Shown: piece by piece, positions 30,001 through 41,821 of the stretch | How the letters are laid out: each line of letters begins with the position of its first letter | Position numbering within the stretch: the first letter of the stretch is position 1 | NCBI RefSeq assembly: GCF_039654945.1 | Contig: NW_027361731.1 | Coordinates: 25,668,001-25,732,000 of the forward strand | Direction of reading: 5' to 3' | Length of the DNA stretch: 64,000 bases | From: Dendrobates tinctorius | Taxonomy: Eukaryota | The notes under the pieces: generated by a model | Told to the model about the DNA's origin: nothing | Seen by the model: the letters and a program-made list of their open reading frames with translations, nothing else | Databases searched by the model: none | Made by a program: the position numbers and the translations under genes

Positions 30001-33000
30001 GGATCAGTAATGTAATGTATGTACACAGTGACTGCACCAGCAGAATAGTGAGTGCAGCTCTGGAGTATAATACAGGATGTAACTCAGGATCAGTAATGTA
30101 ATGTATGTACACAGTGACTGCACCAGCAGAATAATGAGTACAGCTCTGGGGTATAATACAGGATGTAACTCAGGATCAGTAATGTAATGTATGTACACAG
30201 TGACTGCACCAGCAGAATAGTGAGTGCAGCTCTGGAGTATAATACAGGATGTAACTCAGGATCAGTAATGTAATGTATGTACACAGTGACTGCACCAGCA
30301 GAATAGTGAGTGCAGCTCTGGGGTATAATACAGGATGTAACCCAGGATCAGTAATGCATGTACACAGTGACTGCACCAGCAGAATAGTGAGTGCAGCTCT
30401 GGAGTATAATACAGGATGTAACTCAGGATCAGTAATGTAATGTATGTACACAGTGACTGCACCAGCAGAATAGTGAGTGCAGCTCTGGAGTATAATACAG
30501 GATGTAACTCAGGATCAGTAATGTAATGTATGTACACAGTGACTGCACCAGCAGAATAGTGAGTGCAGCTCTGGAGTATAATACAGGATGTAACTCAGGA
30601 TCAGTAATGTATGTACACAGTGACTGCACCAGCAGAATAGTGAGTGCAGCCCTGGAGTATAATACAGGATGTAACTCAGGATCAGTAATGTAATGTATGT
30701 ACACAGTGACTGCACCAGCAGAATAATGAGTACAGCTCTGGGGTATAATACAGGATGTAACTCAGGATCAGTAATGTATGTACACAGTGACTGCACCAGC
30801 AGAATAGTGAGTGCAGCCCTGGAGTATAATACAGGATGTAACTCAGGATCAGTAATGTAATGTATGTACACAGTGACTGCACCAGCAGAATAGTGAGTGC
30901 AGCTCTGGATTATAATACAGGATGTAACTCAGGATCAGTAATGTATGTACACAGTGACTGCACCAGCAGAATAGTGAGTGCAGCCCTGGAGTATAATACA
31001 GGATGTAACTCAGGATCAGTAATGTAATGTATGTACACAGTGACTGCACCAGCAGAATAGTGAGTGCAGCTCTGGGGTATAATACAGGATGTAACTCAGG
31101 ATCAGTAATGTAATGTATGTACACAGTGACTGCACCAGCAGAATAGTGAGTGCAGCTCTGGGGTATAATACAGGAAATAACTCAGGATCTGTAATGTAAT
31201 GTATGTACACAGTGACTGCACCAGCAGAATAGTGAGTGCAGCTCTGGAGTATAATACAAGATGTAATTCAGGATCTGTAATGTAATGTATGTACACAGTG
31301 ACTGCACCAGCAGAATAGTGAGTGCAGCTCTGGAGTATAATACAGGAGGTAACTCCGGATCAGTAATGTAATGTATGTACACAGTGACTGCACCAGCAGA
31401 ATAGTGAGTGCAGCTCTGGAGTATAATACAGGATGTAACTCAGGATTAGTAATGCATGTACACAGTGACTGCACCAGCAGAATAGTGAGCGCAGCTCTGG
31501 GGTATAATACAGGATGTAACTCAGGATCAGTAATGTACATACACAGTGACTTCACCAGCAGAATAGTGAGTGCAGCTCTGGAATATAATACAGGATGTAA
31601 CTCAGGATCAGTAATGTATGTACACAGTGACTGCACCAGCAGAATAGTGAGTGCAGCTCTGGGGTATAATACAGGATGTAACGCAGGATCAGTAATGCAT
31701 GTACACAGTGACTGCACCAGCAGAATAGTGAGTGCAGCTCTGGAGTATAATACAGGATGTAACTCAGGATCAGTAATGTAATGTATGTACACAGTGACTG
31801 CACCAGCAGAATAGTGAGTGCAGCTCTGGAGTATAATACAGGATGTAACTCAGGATCAGTAATGTATGTACACACAGTGACTGCACCAGCAGAATAGTGA
31901 GTGCAGCCCTGGAGTATAATACAGGATGTAACTCAGGATCAGTAATGTAATGTATGTACACAGTGACTGCACCAGCAGAATAGTGAGTGCAGCTCTGGGG
32001 TACAATACAGGATGTAAGTCAGGATCAGTAATGTAATGTATGTACACAGTGACTGCACCAGCAGAATAGTGAGTGCAGCTCTGGAGTATAATACAGGATG
32101 TAACTCAGGATCAGTAATGTAATGTATGTACACAGTGACTGCACCAGCAGAATAATGAGTACAGCTCTGGGGTATAATACAGGATGTAACTCAGGATCAG
32201 TAATGTAATGTATGTACACAGTGATTGCACCAGCAGAATAGTGAGTGCAGCTCTGGGGTATAATACAGGATGTAACTCAGGATCAGTAATGTACATACAC
32301 AGTGACTGCACCAGCAGAATAGTGAGTGCAGCTCTGGAGTATAATACAGGATATAACTCAGGATCAGTAATGTAATGTAATGTATGTACACAGTGACTGC
32401 ACCAGCAGAATAGTGAGTGCAGCTCTGGAGTATAATACAGGATGTAACTCAGGATCAGTAATGTAATGTATGTACACAGTGACTGCACCAGCAGAATAGT
32501 GAGTGCAGCTCTGGAGTATAATACAGGATGTAACTCAGGATCAGTAATGTATGTACACAGTGACTGCACCAGCAGAATAGTGAGTGCAGACCTGGAGTAT
32601 AATACAGGATGTAACTCAGGATCAGTAATGTAATGTATGTACACAGTGACTGCACCAGCAGAATAATGAGTACAGCTCTGGGGTATAATACAGGATGTAA
32701 CTCAGGATCAGTAATGTATGTACACAGTGACTGCACCAGCAGAATAGTGAGTGCAGCTCTGGAGTATAATACAGGATGTAACTCAGGATCAGTAATGTAA
32801 TGTATGTACACAGTGACTGCACCAGCAGAATAGTGAGTGCAGCTCTGGAGTATAATACAGGATGTAACTCAGGATCAGTAATGTAATGTATGTACACAGT
32901 GACTGCACCAGCAGAATAGTGAGTGCAGCTCTGGGGTATAATACAGGATGTAACTCAGGATCAGTAATGTATGTACACAGTGACTGCACCAGCAGAATAG

Positions 33001-36000
33001 TGAGTGCAGCCCTGGAGTATAATACAGGATGTAACTCAGGATCAGTAATGTATGTACACAGTGACTGCACCAGCAGAATAGTGAGTGCAGCTCTGGAGTA
33101 TAATACAGGATGTAACTCAGGATTAGTAATGCATGTACACAGTGACTGCACCAGCAGAATAGTGAGCGCAGCTCTGGGGTATAATACAGGATGTAACGCA
33201 GGATCAGTAATGTACATACACAGTGACTTCACCAGCAGAATAGTGAGTGCAGCTCTGGAATATAATACAGGATGTAACTCAGGATCAGTAATGTATGTAC
33301 ACAGTGACTGCACCAGCAGAATAGTGAGTGCAGCTCTGGGGTATAATACAGGATGTAACTCAGGATCAGTAATGTACATACACAGTGACTTCACCAGCAG
33401 AATAGTGAGTGCAGCTCTGGGGTATAATACAGGATGTAACGCAGGATCAGTAATGCATGTACACAGTGACTGCACCAGCAGAATAGTGAGTGCAGCTCTG
33501 GAGTATAATACAGGATGTAACTCAGGATCAGTAATGTAATGTATGTACACAGTGACTGCACCAGCAGAATAGTGAGTGCAGCTCTGGAGTATAATACAGG
33601 ATGTAACTCAGGATCAGTAATGTATGTACACACAGTGACTGCACCAGCAGAATAGTGAGTGCAGCCCTGGAGTATAATACAGGATGTAACTCAGGATCAG
33701 TAATGTAATGTATGTACACAGTGACTGCACCAGCAGAATAGTGAGTGCAGCTCTGGAGTATAATACAGGATGTAGCTCAGGATCAGTAATGTAATGTATG
33801 TACACAGTGACTGCACCAGCAGAATAATGAGTACAGCTCTGGGGTATAATACAGGATGTAACTCAGGATCAGTAATGTAATGTATGTACACAGTGACTGC
33901 ACCAGCAGAATAGTGAGTGCAGCTCTGGGGTATAATACAGGATGTAACTCAGGATCAGTAATGTAATGTATGTACACAGTGACTGCACCAGCAGAATAGT
34001 GAGTGCAGCTCTGGGGTATAATACAGGATGTAACTCAGGATCAGTAATGTACATACACAGTGACTGCACCAGCAGAATAGTGAGTGCAGCTCTGGAGTAT
34101 AATACAGGATGTAACTCAGGATCATTAATGTCATGTATGTACACAGTGACTGCACCAGCAGAATAGTGAGTGCAGCTCTGGAGTATAATACAGGATGTAA
34201 CTCAGGATCAGTAATGTAATGTATGTACACAGTGACTGCACCAGCAGAATAGTGAGTGCAGACCTGGAGTATAATACAGGATGTAACTCAGGATCAGTAA
34301 TGTAATGTATGTACACAGTGACTGCACCAGCAGAATAATGAGTACAGCTCTGGGGTATAATACAGGATGTAACTCAGGATCAGTAATGTATGTACACAGT
34401 GACTGCACCAGCAGAATAGTGAGTGCAGCTCTGGAGTATAATACAGGATGTAACTCAGGATCAGTAATGTATGTACACACAGTGACTGCACCAGCAGAAT
34501 AGTGAGTGCAGCCCTGGAGTATAATACAGGATGTAACTCAGGATCAGTAATGTAATGTATGCACACAGTGACTGCACCAGCAGAATAGTGAGTGCAGCTC
34601 TGGAGTATAATACAGGATGTAGCTCAGGATCAGTAATGTAATGTATGTACACAGTGACTGCACCAGCAGAATAATGAGTACAGCTCTGGGGTATAATACA
34701 GGATGTAACTCAGGATCAGTAATGTAATGTATGTACACAGTGACTGCACCAGCAGAATAGTGAGTGCAGCTCTGGGGTATAATACAGGATGTAACTCAGG
34801 ATCAGTAATGTAATGTATGTACACAGTGACTGCACCAGCAGAATAGTGAGTGCAGCTCTGGGGTATAATACAGGATGTAACTCAGGATCAGTAATGTACA
34901 TACACAGTGACTGCACCAGTAGAATAGTGAGTGCAGCTCTGGAGTATAATACAGGATGTAACTCAGGATCAGTAATGTCATGTATGTACACAGTGACTGC
35001 ACCAGCAGAATAGTGAGTGCAGCTCTGGAGTATAATACAGGATGTAACTCAGGATCAGTAATGTAATGTATGTACACAGTGACTGCACCAGCAGAATAGT
35101 GAGTGCAGACCTGGAGTATAATACAGGATGTAACTCAGGATCAGTAATGTAATGTATGTACACAGTGACTGCACCAGCAGAATAATGAGTACAGCTCTGG
35201 GGTATAATACAGGATGTAACTCAGGATCAGTAATGTATGTACACAGTGACTGCACCAGCAGAATAGTGAGTGCAGCTCTGGAGTATAATACAGGATGTAA
35301 CTCAGGATCAGTAATGTAATGTATGTACACAGTGACTGCACCAGCAGAATAGTGAGTGCAGCTCTGGAGTATAATACAGGATGTAACTCAGGATCAGTAA
35401 TGTAATGTATGTACACAGTGACTGCACCAGCAGAATAGTGAGTGCAGCTCTGGAGTATAATACAGGATGTAACTCAGGATCAGTAATGTAATGTATGTAC
35501 ACAATGACTGCACCAGCAGAATAGTGAGTGCAGCTCTGGAGTATAATACAGGATGTAACTCAGGATCAGTAATGTATGTACACAGTGACTGCACCAGCAG
35601 AATAGTGAGTGCAGCCCTGGAGTATAATACAGGATGTAACTCAGGATCAGTAATGTAATGTATGTACACAGTGACTGCACCAGCAGAATAGTGAGTGCAG
35701 CTCTGCAGTATAATACAGGATGTAACTCAGGATCAGTAATGTAATGTATGTACACAGTGACTGCACCAGCAGAATAGTGAGTGCAGCTCTGGAGTATAAT
35801 ACAGGATGTAACTCAGGATCAGTAATGTAATGTATGTACACAGTGACTGCACCAGCAGAATAGTGAGTGCAGCTCTGGAGTATAATACAGGATGTAACTC
35901 AGGATCAGTAATGTATGTACACAGTGACTGCACCAGCAGAATAGTGAGTGCAGCCCTGGAGTATAATACAGGATGTAACTCAGGATCAGTAATGTAATGT

Positions 36001-39000
36001 ATGTACACAGTGACTGCACCAGCAGAATAATGAGTACAGCTCTGGGGTATAATACAGGATGTAACTCAGGATCAGTAATGTATGTACACAGTGACTGCAC
36101 CAGCAGAATAGTGAGTGCAGCCCTGGAGTATAATACAGGATGTAACTCAGGATCAGTAATGTATGTACACAGTGACTGCACCAGCAGAATAGTGAGTGCA
36201 GCTCTGGAGTATAATACAGGATGTAACTCAGGATCAGTAATGTAATGTATATACACAGTGACTGCACCAGCAGAACAGTGAGTGCAGCTCTGGGGTATAA
36301 TACAGGATGTAACTCAGGATCAGTAATGTATGTATGTACACAGTGACTGCACCAGCAGAATAGTGAGCGCAGCTCTGGGGTATAATACAGGATGTAACTC
36401 AGGATCAGTAATGTAATGTATGTACACAGTGACTGCACCAGCAGAATGGTGAGTGCAGCTCTGGGGTATAATACAGGATGTTACTCAGGATCAGTAATGT
36501 AATGTATGTACACAGTGACTGCACCAGCAGAATAGTGAGTGCAGCTCTGGAGTACAATACAGGATGTAACTCAGGATCAGTAATGTAATGTATGTACACA
36601 GTGACTGCACCAGCAGAATAGTGAGTGCAGCTCTGGGGTATAATACAGGATGTAACTCAGGATCAGTAATGTAATGTATGTACACAGTGACTGCACCAGC
36701 AGAATAGTGAGTGCAGCTCTGGAGTATATTACAGGATGTAACTCAGGATCAGTAATGTAATGTATGTACACAGTGACTGCACCAGCAGAATAGTGAGTGC
36801 AGCTCTGGGGTATAATACAGGATGTAACTCAGGATCAGTAATGTAATGTATGTACACAGTGACTGCACCAGCAGAATAGTGAGTGCAGCTCTGGAGTACA
36901 ATACAGGATGTAACTCAGGATCAGTAATGTAATGTATGTACACAGTGACTGCACCAGCAGAATAGTGAGTGCAGCTCTGGAGTACAATACAGGATGTAAC
37001 TCAGGATCAGTAATGTAATGTATGTACACAGTGACTGCACCAGCAGAATAGTGAGTGCAGCTCTGGGGTATAATACAGGATGTAACTCAGGATCAGTAAT
37101 GTAATGTATGTACACAGTGACTGCACCAGCAGAATAGTGAGTGCAGCTCTGGAGTACAATACAGGATGTAACTCAGGATCAGTAATGTAATGTATGTACA
37201 CAGTGACTGCACCAGCAGAATAGTGAGTGCAGCTCTGGGGTATAATACAGGATGTAACTCAGGATCAGTAATGTAATGTATGTACACAGTGACTGCACCA
37301 GCAGAATAGTGAGTGCAGCTCTGGAGTACAATACAGGATGTAACTCAGGATCAGTAATGTAATGTATGTACACAGTGACTGCACCAGCAGAATAGTGAGT
37401 GCAGCTCTGGGGTATAATACAGGATGTAACTCAGGATCAGTAATGTAATGTATGTACACAGTGACTGCACCAGCAGAATAGTGAGTGCAGCTCTAGGGTA
37501 TAATACAGGATGTAACTCAGGATCAGTAATGTAATGTATGTACACAGTGACTGCACCAGCAGAATAGTGAGTGCAGCTCTGGGGTATAATACAGGATGTA
37601 ACTCAGGATCAGTAATGTATGTGCACAGTGACTGCACCAGCAGAATAGTGAGTGCAGCTCTGGGATATAATACAGGATGTAACTCAGGATCAGTAATGTA
37701 TGTATGTACACAGTGACTGCACCAGCAGAATAGTGAGTGCAGCTCTGGAGTATAATACAGGATGTAACTCAGGATCAGTAATGTAATGTATGTACACAGT
37801 GACTGCACCAGCAGAATAGTGAGTGCAGCTCTGGAGTATAATACAGGATGTAACTCAGGATCAGTAATGTAATGTATATACACAGTGACTGCACCAGCAG
37901 AATAGTGAGTGCAGCTCTGGGATATAATACAGGATGTAACTCAGGATCAGTAATGTAATGTATGTACACAGTGACTGCACCAGCAGAATAGTGAGTGCAG
38001 CTCTGGGATATAATACAGGATGTAACTCAGGATCAGTAATGTAATGTATGTGCACAGTGACTGCACCAGCAGAATAGTGAGTGCAGCTCTGGGGTATAAT
38101 ACAGGATGTAACTCAGGATCAGTAATGTAATGTATGTACCCAGCGACTGCACCAGCAGAATAGTGAGTGCAGCTGTGGAGTATAATACAGGATGTAACTC
38201 AGGATCAGTAATGTAATGTATGTACCCAGCGACTGCACCAGCAGAATAGTGATTGCAGCTCTGGAGTATAATACAGGATTTAACCCAGGATCAGTAATGT
38301 AATGTATGTACACCGTGACTGCACCAGCAGAATAGTGAGTGCAGCTCTGGGGTATAATACAGGATGTAACTCAGGATCAGTAATGTAATGTATGTACCCA
38401 GCGACTGCACCAGCAGAATAGTGAGTGCAGCTGTGGAGTATAATACAGGATGTAACTCAGGATCAGTAATGTAATGTATGTACCCAGCGACTGCACCAGC
38501 AGAATAGTGAGTGCAGCTGTGGAGTATAATACAGGATGTAACTCAGGATCAGTAATGTAATGTATGTACCCAGCGACTGCACCAGCAGAATAGTGAGTGC
38601 AGCTCTGGAGTATAATACAGGATGTAACTCAGGATCAGTAATGTAATGTATGTACACAGTGACTGCACCAGCAGAATAGTGAGTGCAGCTCTGGGGTATA
38701 ATACAGGATGTAACTCAGGATCAGTAATGTAATGTATGTACCCAGCGACTGCACCAGCAGAATAGTGAGTGCAGCTCTGGAGTATAATACAGGATGTAAC
38801 CCAGGATCAGTAATGTAATGTATGTACACAGTGACTGCACCAGCAGAATAGTGAGTGCAGCTGTGGGGTATAATACAGGATGTAACTCAGGATCAGTAAT
38901 GTAATGTATGTACCCAGCGACTGCACCAGCAGAATAGTGAGTGCAGCTCTGGAGTATAATACAGGATGTAACCCAGGATCAGTAATGTAATGTATGTACA

Positions 39001-39297
39001 CAGTGACTGCACCAGCAGAATAGTGAGTGCAGCTCTGGGGTATAATACAGGATGTAACTCAGGATCAGTAATGTAATGTATGTACACAGTGACTGCACCA
39101 GCAGAATAGTGAGTGCAGCTCTGGAGTATAATACAGGATGTAACTCAGGATCAGTAATGTAATGTATGTACCCAGCGACTGCACCAGCAGAATAGTGAGT
39201 GCAGCTGTGGAGTATAATACAGGATGTAACTCAGGATCAGTAATGTAATGTATGTACCCAGCGACTGCACCAGCATTATATTGAGCGCAGCTATGGG
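1..39297. repeat. Satellite DNA array, 81/86-bp monomer (roughly 460-470 copies), truncated by window start
   Basis: Consensus GTATGTACACAGTGACTGCACCAGCAGAATAGTGAGTGCAGCTCTGG(A/G)GTATAATACAGGATGTAACTCAGGATCAGTAAT(GTAAT) repeated head-to-tail. The optional 5-bp GTAAT gives 81 vs 86 bp, with rarer other lengths. Ends in a degenerate partial monomer at ~39270-39297. Confidence 0.98.
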
Positions 39298-39504
39298 TAA
39301 ATAAAAAAAACTATAGATAAAACAAGTTGTATAGTGATAATGGAGGGTCAGTGATTCCACTTCTTCACAGTCCGCAGGTCTCCCTCCCCACACCGGAAAT
39401 CCTGCACACCCCTGTGAACACTATCAGTGGTACATCCCGCCCGGTGTCTCCCCAGGAGGCGCGACATGTGGACTAGTCCAGGTAAGAAGACTATAAAGAG
39501 AAGC

Positions 39505-39650
39505 ACTCACCTGGCGGCAGGAGACACAGCACCGGAAGTGACGCCTCAGCTAATAAGCCGCACTGTGATTGGGCACAGCACAGACAGGCCCCACCAAGCC
39601 CTCTCGTGAGTGAAAGGACCAGCGGTGACGTAATGGTCATGTGACCTGAC
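39505..39650 (-). promoter_or_regulatory. Candidate promoter and non-coding first exon ('promoter C') pointing into the satellite
   Basis: ETS/CRE composite CCGGAAGTGACG 39532-39543, inverted CCAAT 39568-39572, TGACGTAA 39626-39633, E-box GTCATGTGAC 39636-39645. Perfect - strand donor CAG|GTGAGT at 39510. 39615-39646 matches 51470-51501 at 26/32 nt. Confidence 0.55.
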
Positions 39651-39810
39651 TAAAGAGGAGGCAGCAGCCACAAGGAGGGAGCGCGGGCGGCAGCAGCAGC
39701 AGCGGGGCCCTTTGTAGGATGCACATTTTATGCTTTCTCTGCCTCCTCCAGACATTGGATTGCTCCTCATATGTCCTGAAAGGGGTTTTCTACTTTCATG
39801 AAAAAATTAA

Positions 39811-40020
39811 AGTGGACCTCTACCAGTTCCTGTAATGTAAGACCTCCCTCCCCCGCTGCTGAGCTCCGCCTCCAGCATGAACATTACACTGATGGCTCCC
39901 ATTACCGCTGCAGCCAGTCACTGAGCTCAGGCACTTGTGTCCTCCACATCAGTGGAGCTTAACCTGAGCTGTGGCTGTGGAGGGTGGTCTGACATTACAG
40001 GAAGTGCTGTGGGGTCCATA
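39811..40020. mobile_element. Degenerate MITE (T2/Kolobok-like, TTAA target)
   Basis: TTAA at 39807-39810 followed by AGTGGACCTCTACCAGTTCCTGTAATGTAAGACCTCCCTC. Imperfect inverted copy GAGGGTGGTCTGACATTACAGGAAGTGCTGTGGGGTCCA at ~39980-40018. The right TTAA has decayed. Confidence 0.55.
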
Positions 40021-40102
40021 TTTTCTTCAAGTGTTAACCCCTTTACCGTCTACAATAACAGTTTCTGCACCGATCTCACCTGTAAGAGGTAGAAAATGCG
40101 TG

Positions 40103-40225
40103 AGGAAGGATGGAAGAAAGAAGGAAGGAAGGGACGGAAGGAGGAAGGGAAGGATGGAGGGAGGGATGAAGGGACGAAAGGATGGAGGGAAGGAGAAGGG
40201 AGGGAAGATGGACGAATGGAGGGAA
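40103..40225. repeat. Purine-rich low-complexity tract (GGAA/GGAG/GGAT)
   Basis: Degenerate tetranucleotide-like run visible directly. Confidence 0.7.
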
Positions 40226-40246
40226 TTTAAATAAAAACAAGCATTC

Positions 40247-41743
40247 GACCCCGGAGAAGGATGTGGCGACGACCCCCGTACCGGTCCCGGAGAAGGATGT
40301 GGCGACGACCCCCGTACCGGCCCCGGAGAAGGATGTGGCGACGACCCCCGTACCGGCCCCGGAGAAGGAGGTGGCGACGACCCCCGTACCGGCCCCGGAG
40401 AAGGAGGTGGCGACGACCCCCGTACCGGCCCCGGAGAAGGAGGTGGCGACGACCCCCGTACCGGCCCCGGAGAAGGAGGTGGCGACGACCCCCGTAGCGG
40501 CCCCGGAGAAGGAGGTGGCGACGACCCCCGTAGCGGCCCCGGAGAAGGAGGTGGCGACGACCCCCGTAGCGGCCCCGGAGAAGGAGGTGGCGACGACCCC
40601 CGTAGCGGCCCCGGAGAAGGAGGTGGCGACGACCCCCGTAGCGGCCCCGGAGAAGGAGGTGGCGACGACCCCCGTAGCGGCCCCGGAGAAGGAGGTGGCG
40701 GCGACCCCCGTAGCGGCCTCGGAGAAGGATGTGATGACTACCTCCGTACCGCCCCTGGAGAAGGATGTGATGACGACCTCCGTACCTGCCCCGGAGAAGG
40801 ATGTGATGACGACCCTTGTACCGGCCCCGGAGAAGGATGTGATGACGACCGCTTTACCGGCCCCGGAGAAGGATGTGATGACGACCGCTTTACCGGCCCC
40901 GGAGAAGGATGTGATGACGACCCCCGTACCGGCCCCGGAGAAGGATGTGATGACGACCCCCTTACCGGCCCCGGAGAAGGATGTGATGACGACCCCCGTA
41001 CCGGCCCCGGAGAAGGATGTGATGACGACCCCCTTACCGGCCCCGGAGAAGGATGTGATGACGACCCCCGTACCGGCCCCGGAGAAGGATGTGATGATGA
41101 CCCCCGTAGCGGCCTCGGAGAAGGATGTGATGACGACCCTTGTACCGGCCCCGGAGAAGGATGTGATGACGACCTCCGTACCGACCTCGGAGAAGGATGT
41201 GATGACGACCTTCGTACCGACCTCGGAGAAAGATGTGATGACGACCTCCGTACCGACCTCGGAGAAGGATGTGATGACGACCTTCGTACCGACCTCGGAG
41301 AAAGATGTGATGACGACCTCCGTACCTACCTCGGAGAAGGATGTGATGACGACCTTCGTACCGACCTCGGAGAAAGATGTGATGACGACCTCTGTACCGG
41401 CCCCGGAGAAGGATGTGATGACGACCTCCGTACCGACCTCGGAGAAGGATGTGATGACGACCTCCGTACCGGCCCCGGAGAAGGATGTGGTGACGACCCC
41501 TGTACCGGCCCCGGAGAAGGATGTGATGACGACCCCTGTACCGGCCCCGGAGAAGGATGTGATGACGACCCCTGTACCGGCCCCGGAGAAGGATGTGATG
41601 ACGACCCCTGTACCGGCCCCGGAGAAGGATGTGATGACGACCCCTGTACCGGCCCCGGAGAAGGATGTGATGACGACCCCTGTACCGGCCCCGGAGAAGG
41701 ATGTGATGACGACCCCTGTACCGGCCCCGGAGAAGGATGTGAT
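40247..41743. repeat. 36-bp GC-rich minisatellite (~41 copies), interrupted by the CR1; last ~1.3 units resume at 46035-46080
   Basis: Unit CCCGGAGAAGGATGTGATGACGACCCCCGTACCGGC. The same unit reappears immediately after the CR1 5' end. Confidence 0.95.
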
Positions 41744-41821
41744 CATAGAATCATAGAATCGTAGAGTTGGAAGGGACCTCCTGGGCCATCTGGTCCAACC
41801 CCCTGCTCAAAGCAGGATTCG

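Noticed and set aside
1-39297. Hundreds of ORFs (MYIHYITDPELHPVLY..., MYVHSDCTSRIVSAAL...)
   Set aside because: Translations of the satellite. Their lengths only track runs of 81-bp (in-frame) versus 86-bp (frameshifting) units.
1-39297. CRISPR-like array
   Set aside because: No unique spacers, no cas genes, and a spliced vertebrate-type context.
1-39297. Hammerhead-ribozyme satellite (like amphibian satellite 2)
   Set aside because: No CUGANGA/GAAA core on either strand of the consensus. Only short dyads (CTGCAC/GTGCAG, CAGTGACTG, TGTACA).
40182-41756. 524-aa mucin-like PEKDVMTTPVPA ORF and its 556-aa antisense ORF
   Set aside because: 36-bp stop-free unit open on both strands. Unit variation is mostly non-synonymous, the start lies in low-complexity sequence and the stop comes from the CR1 tail. 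Not supportable without transcript data.
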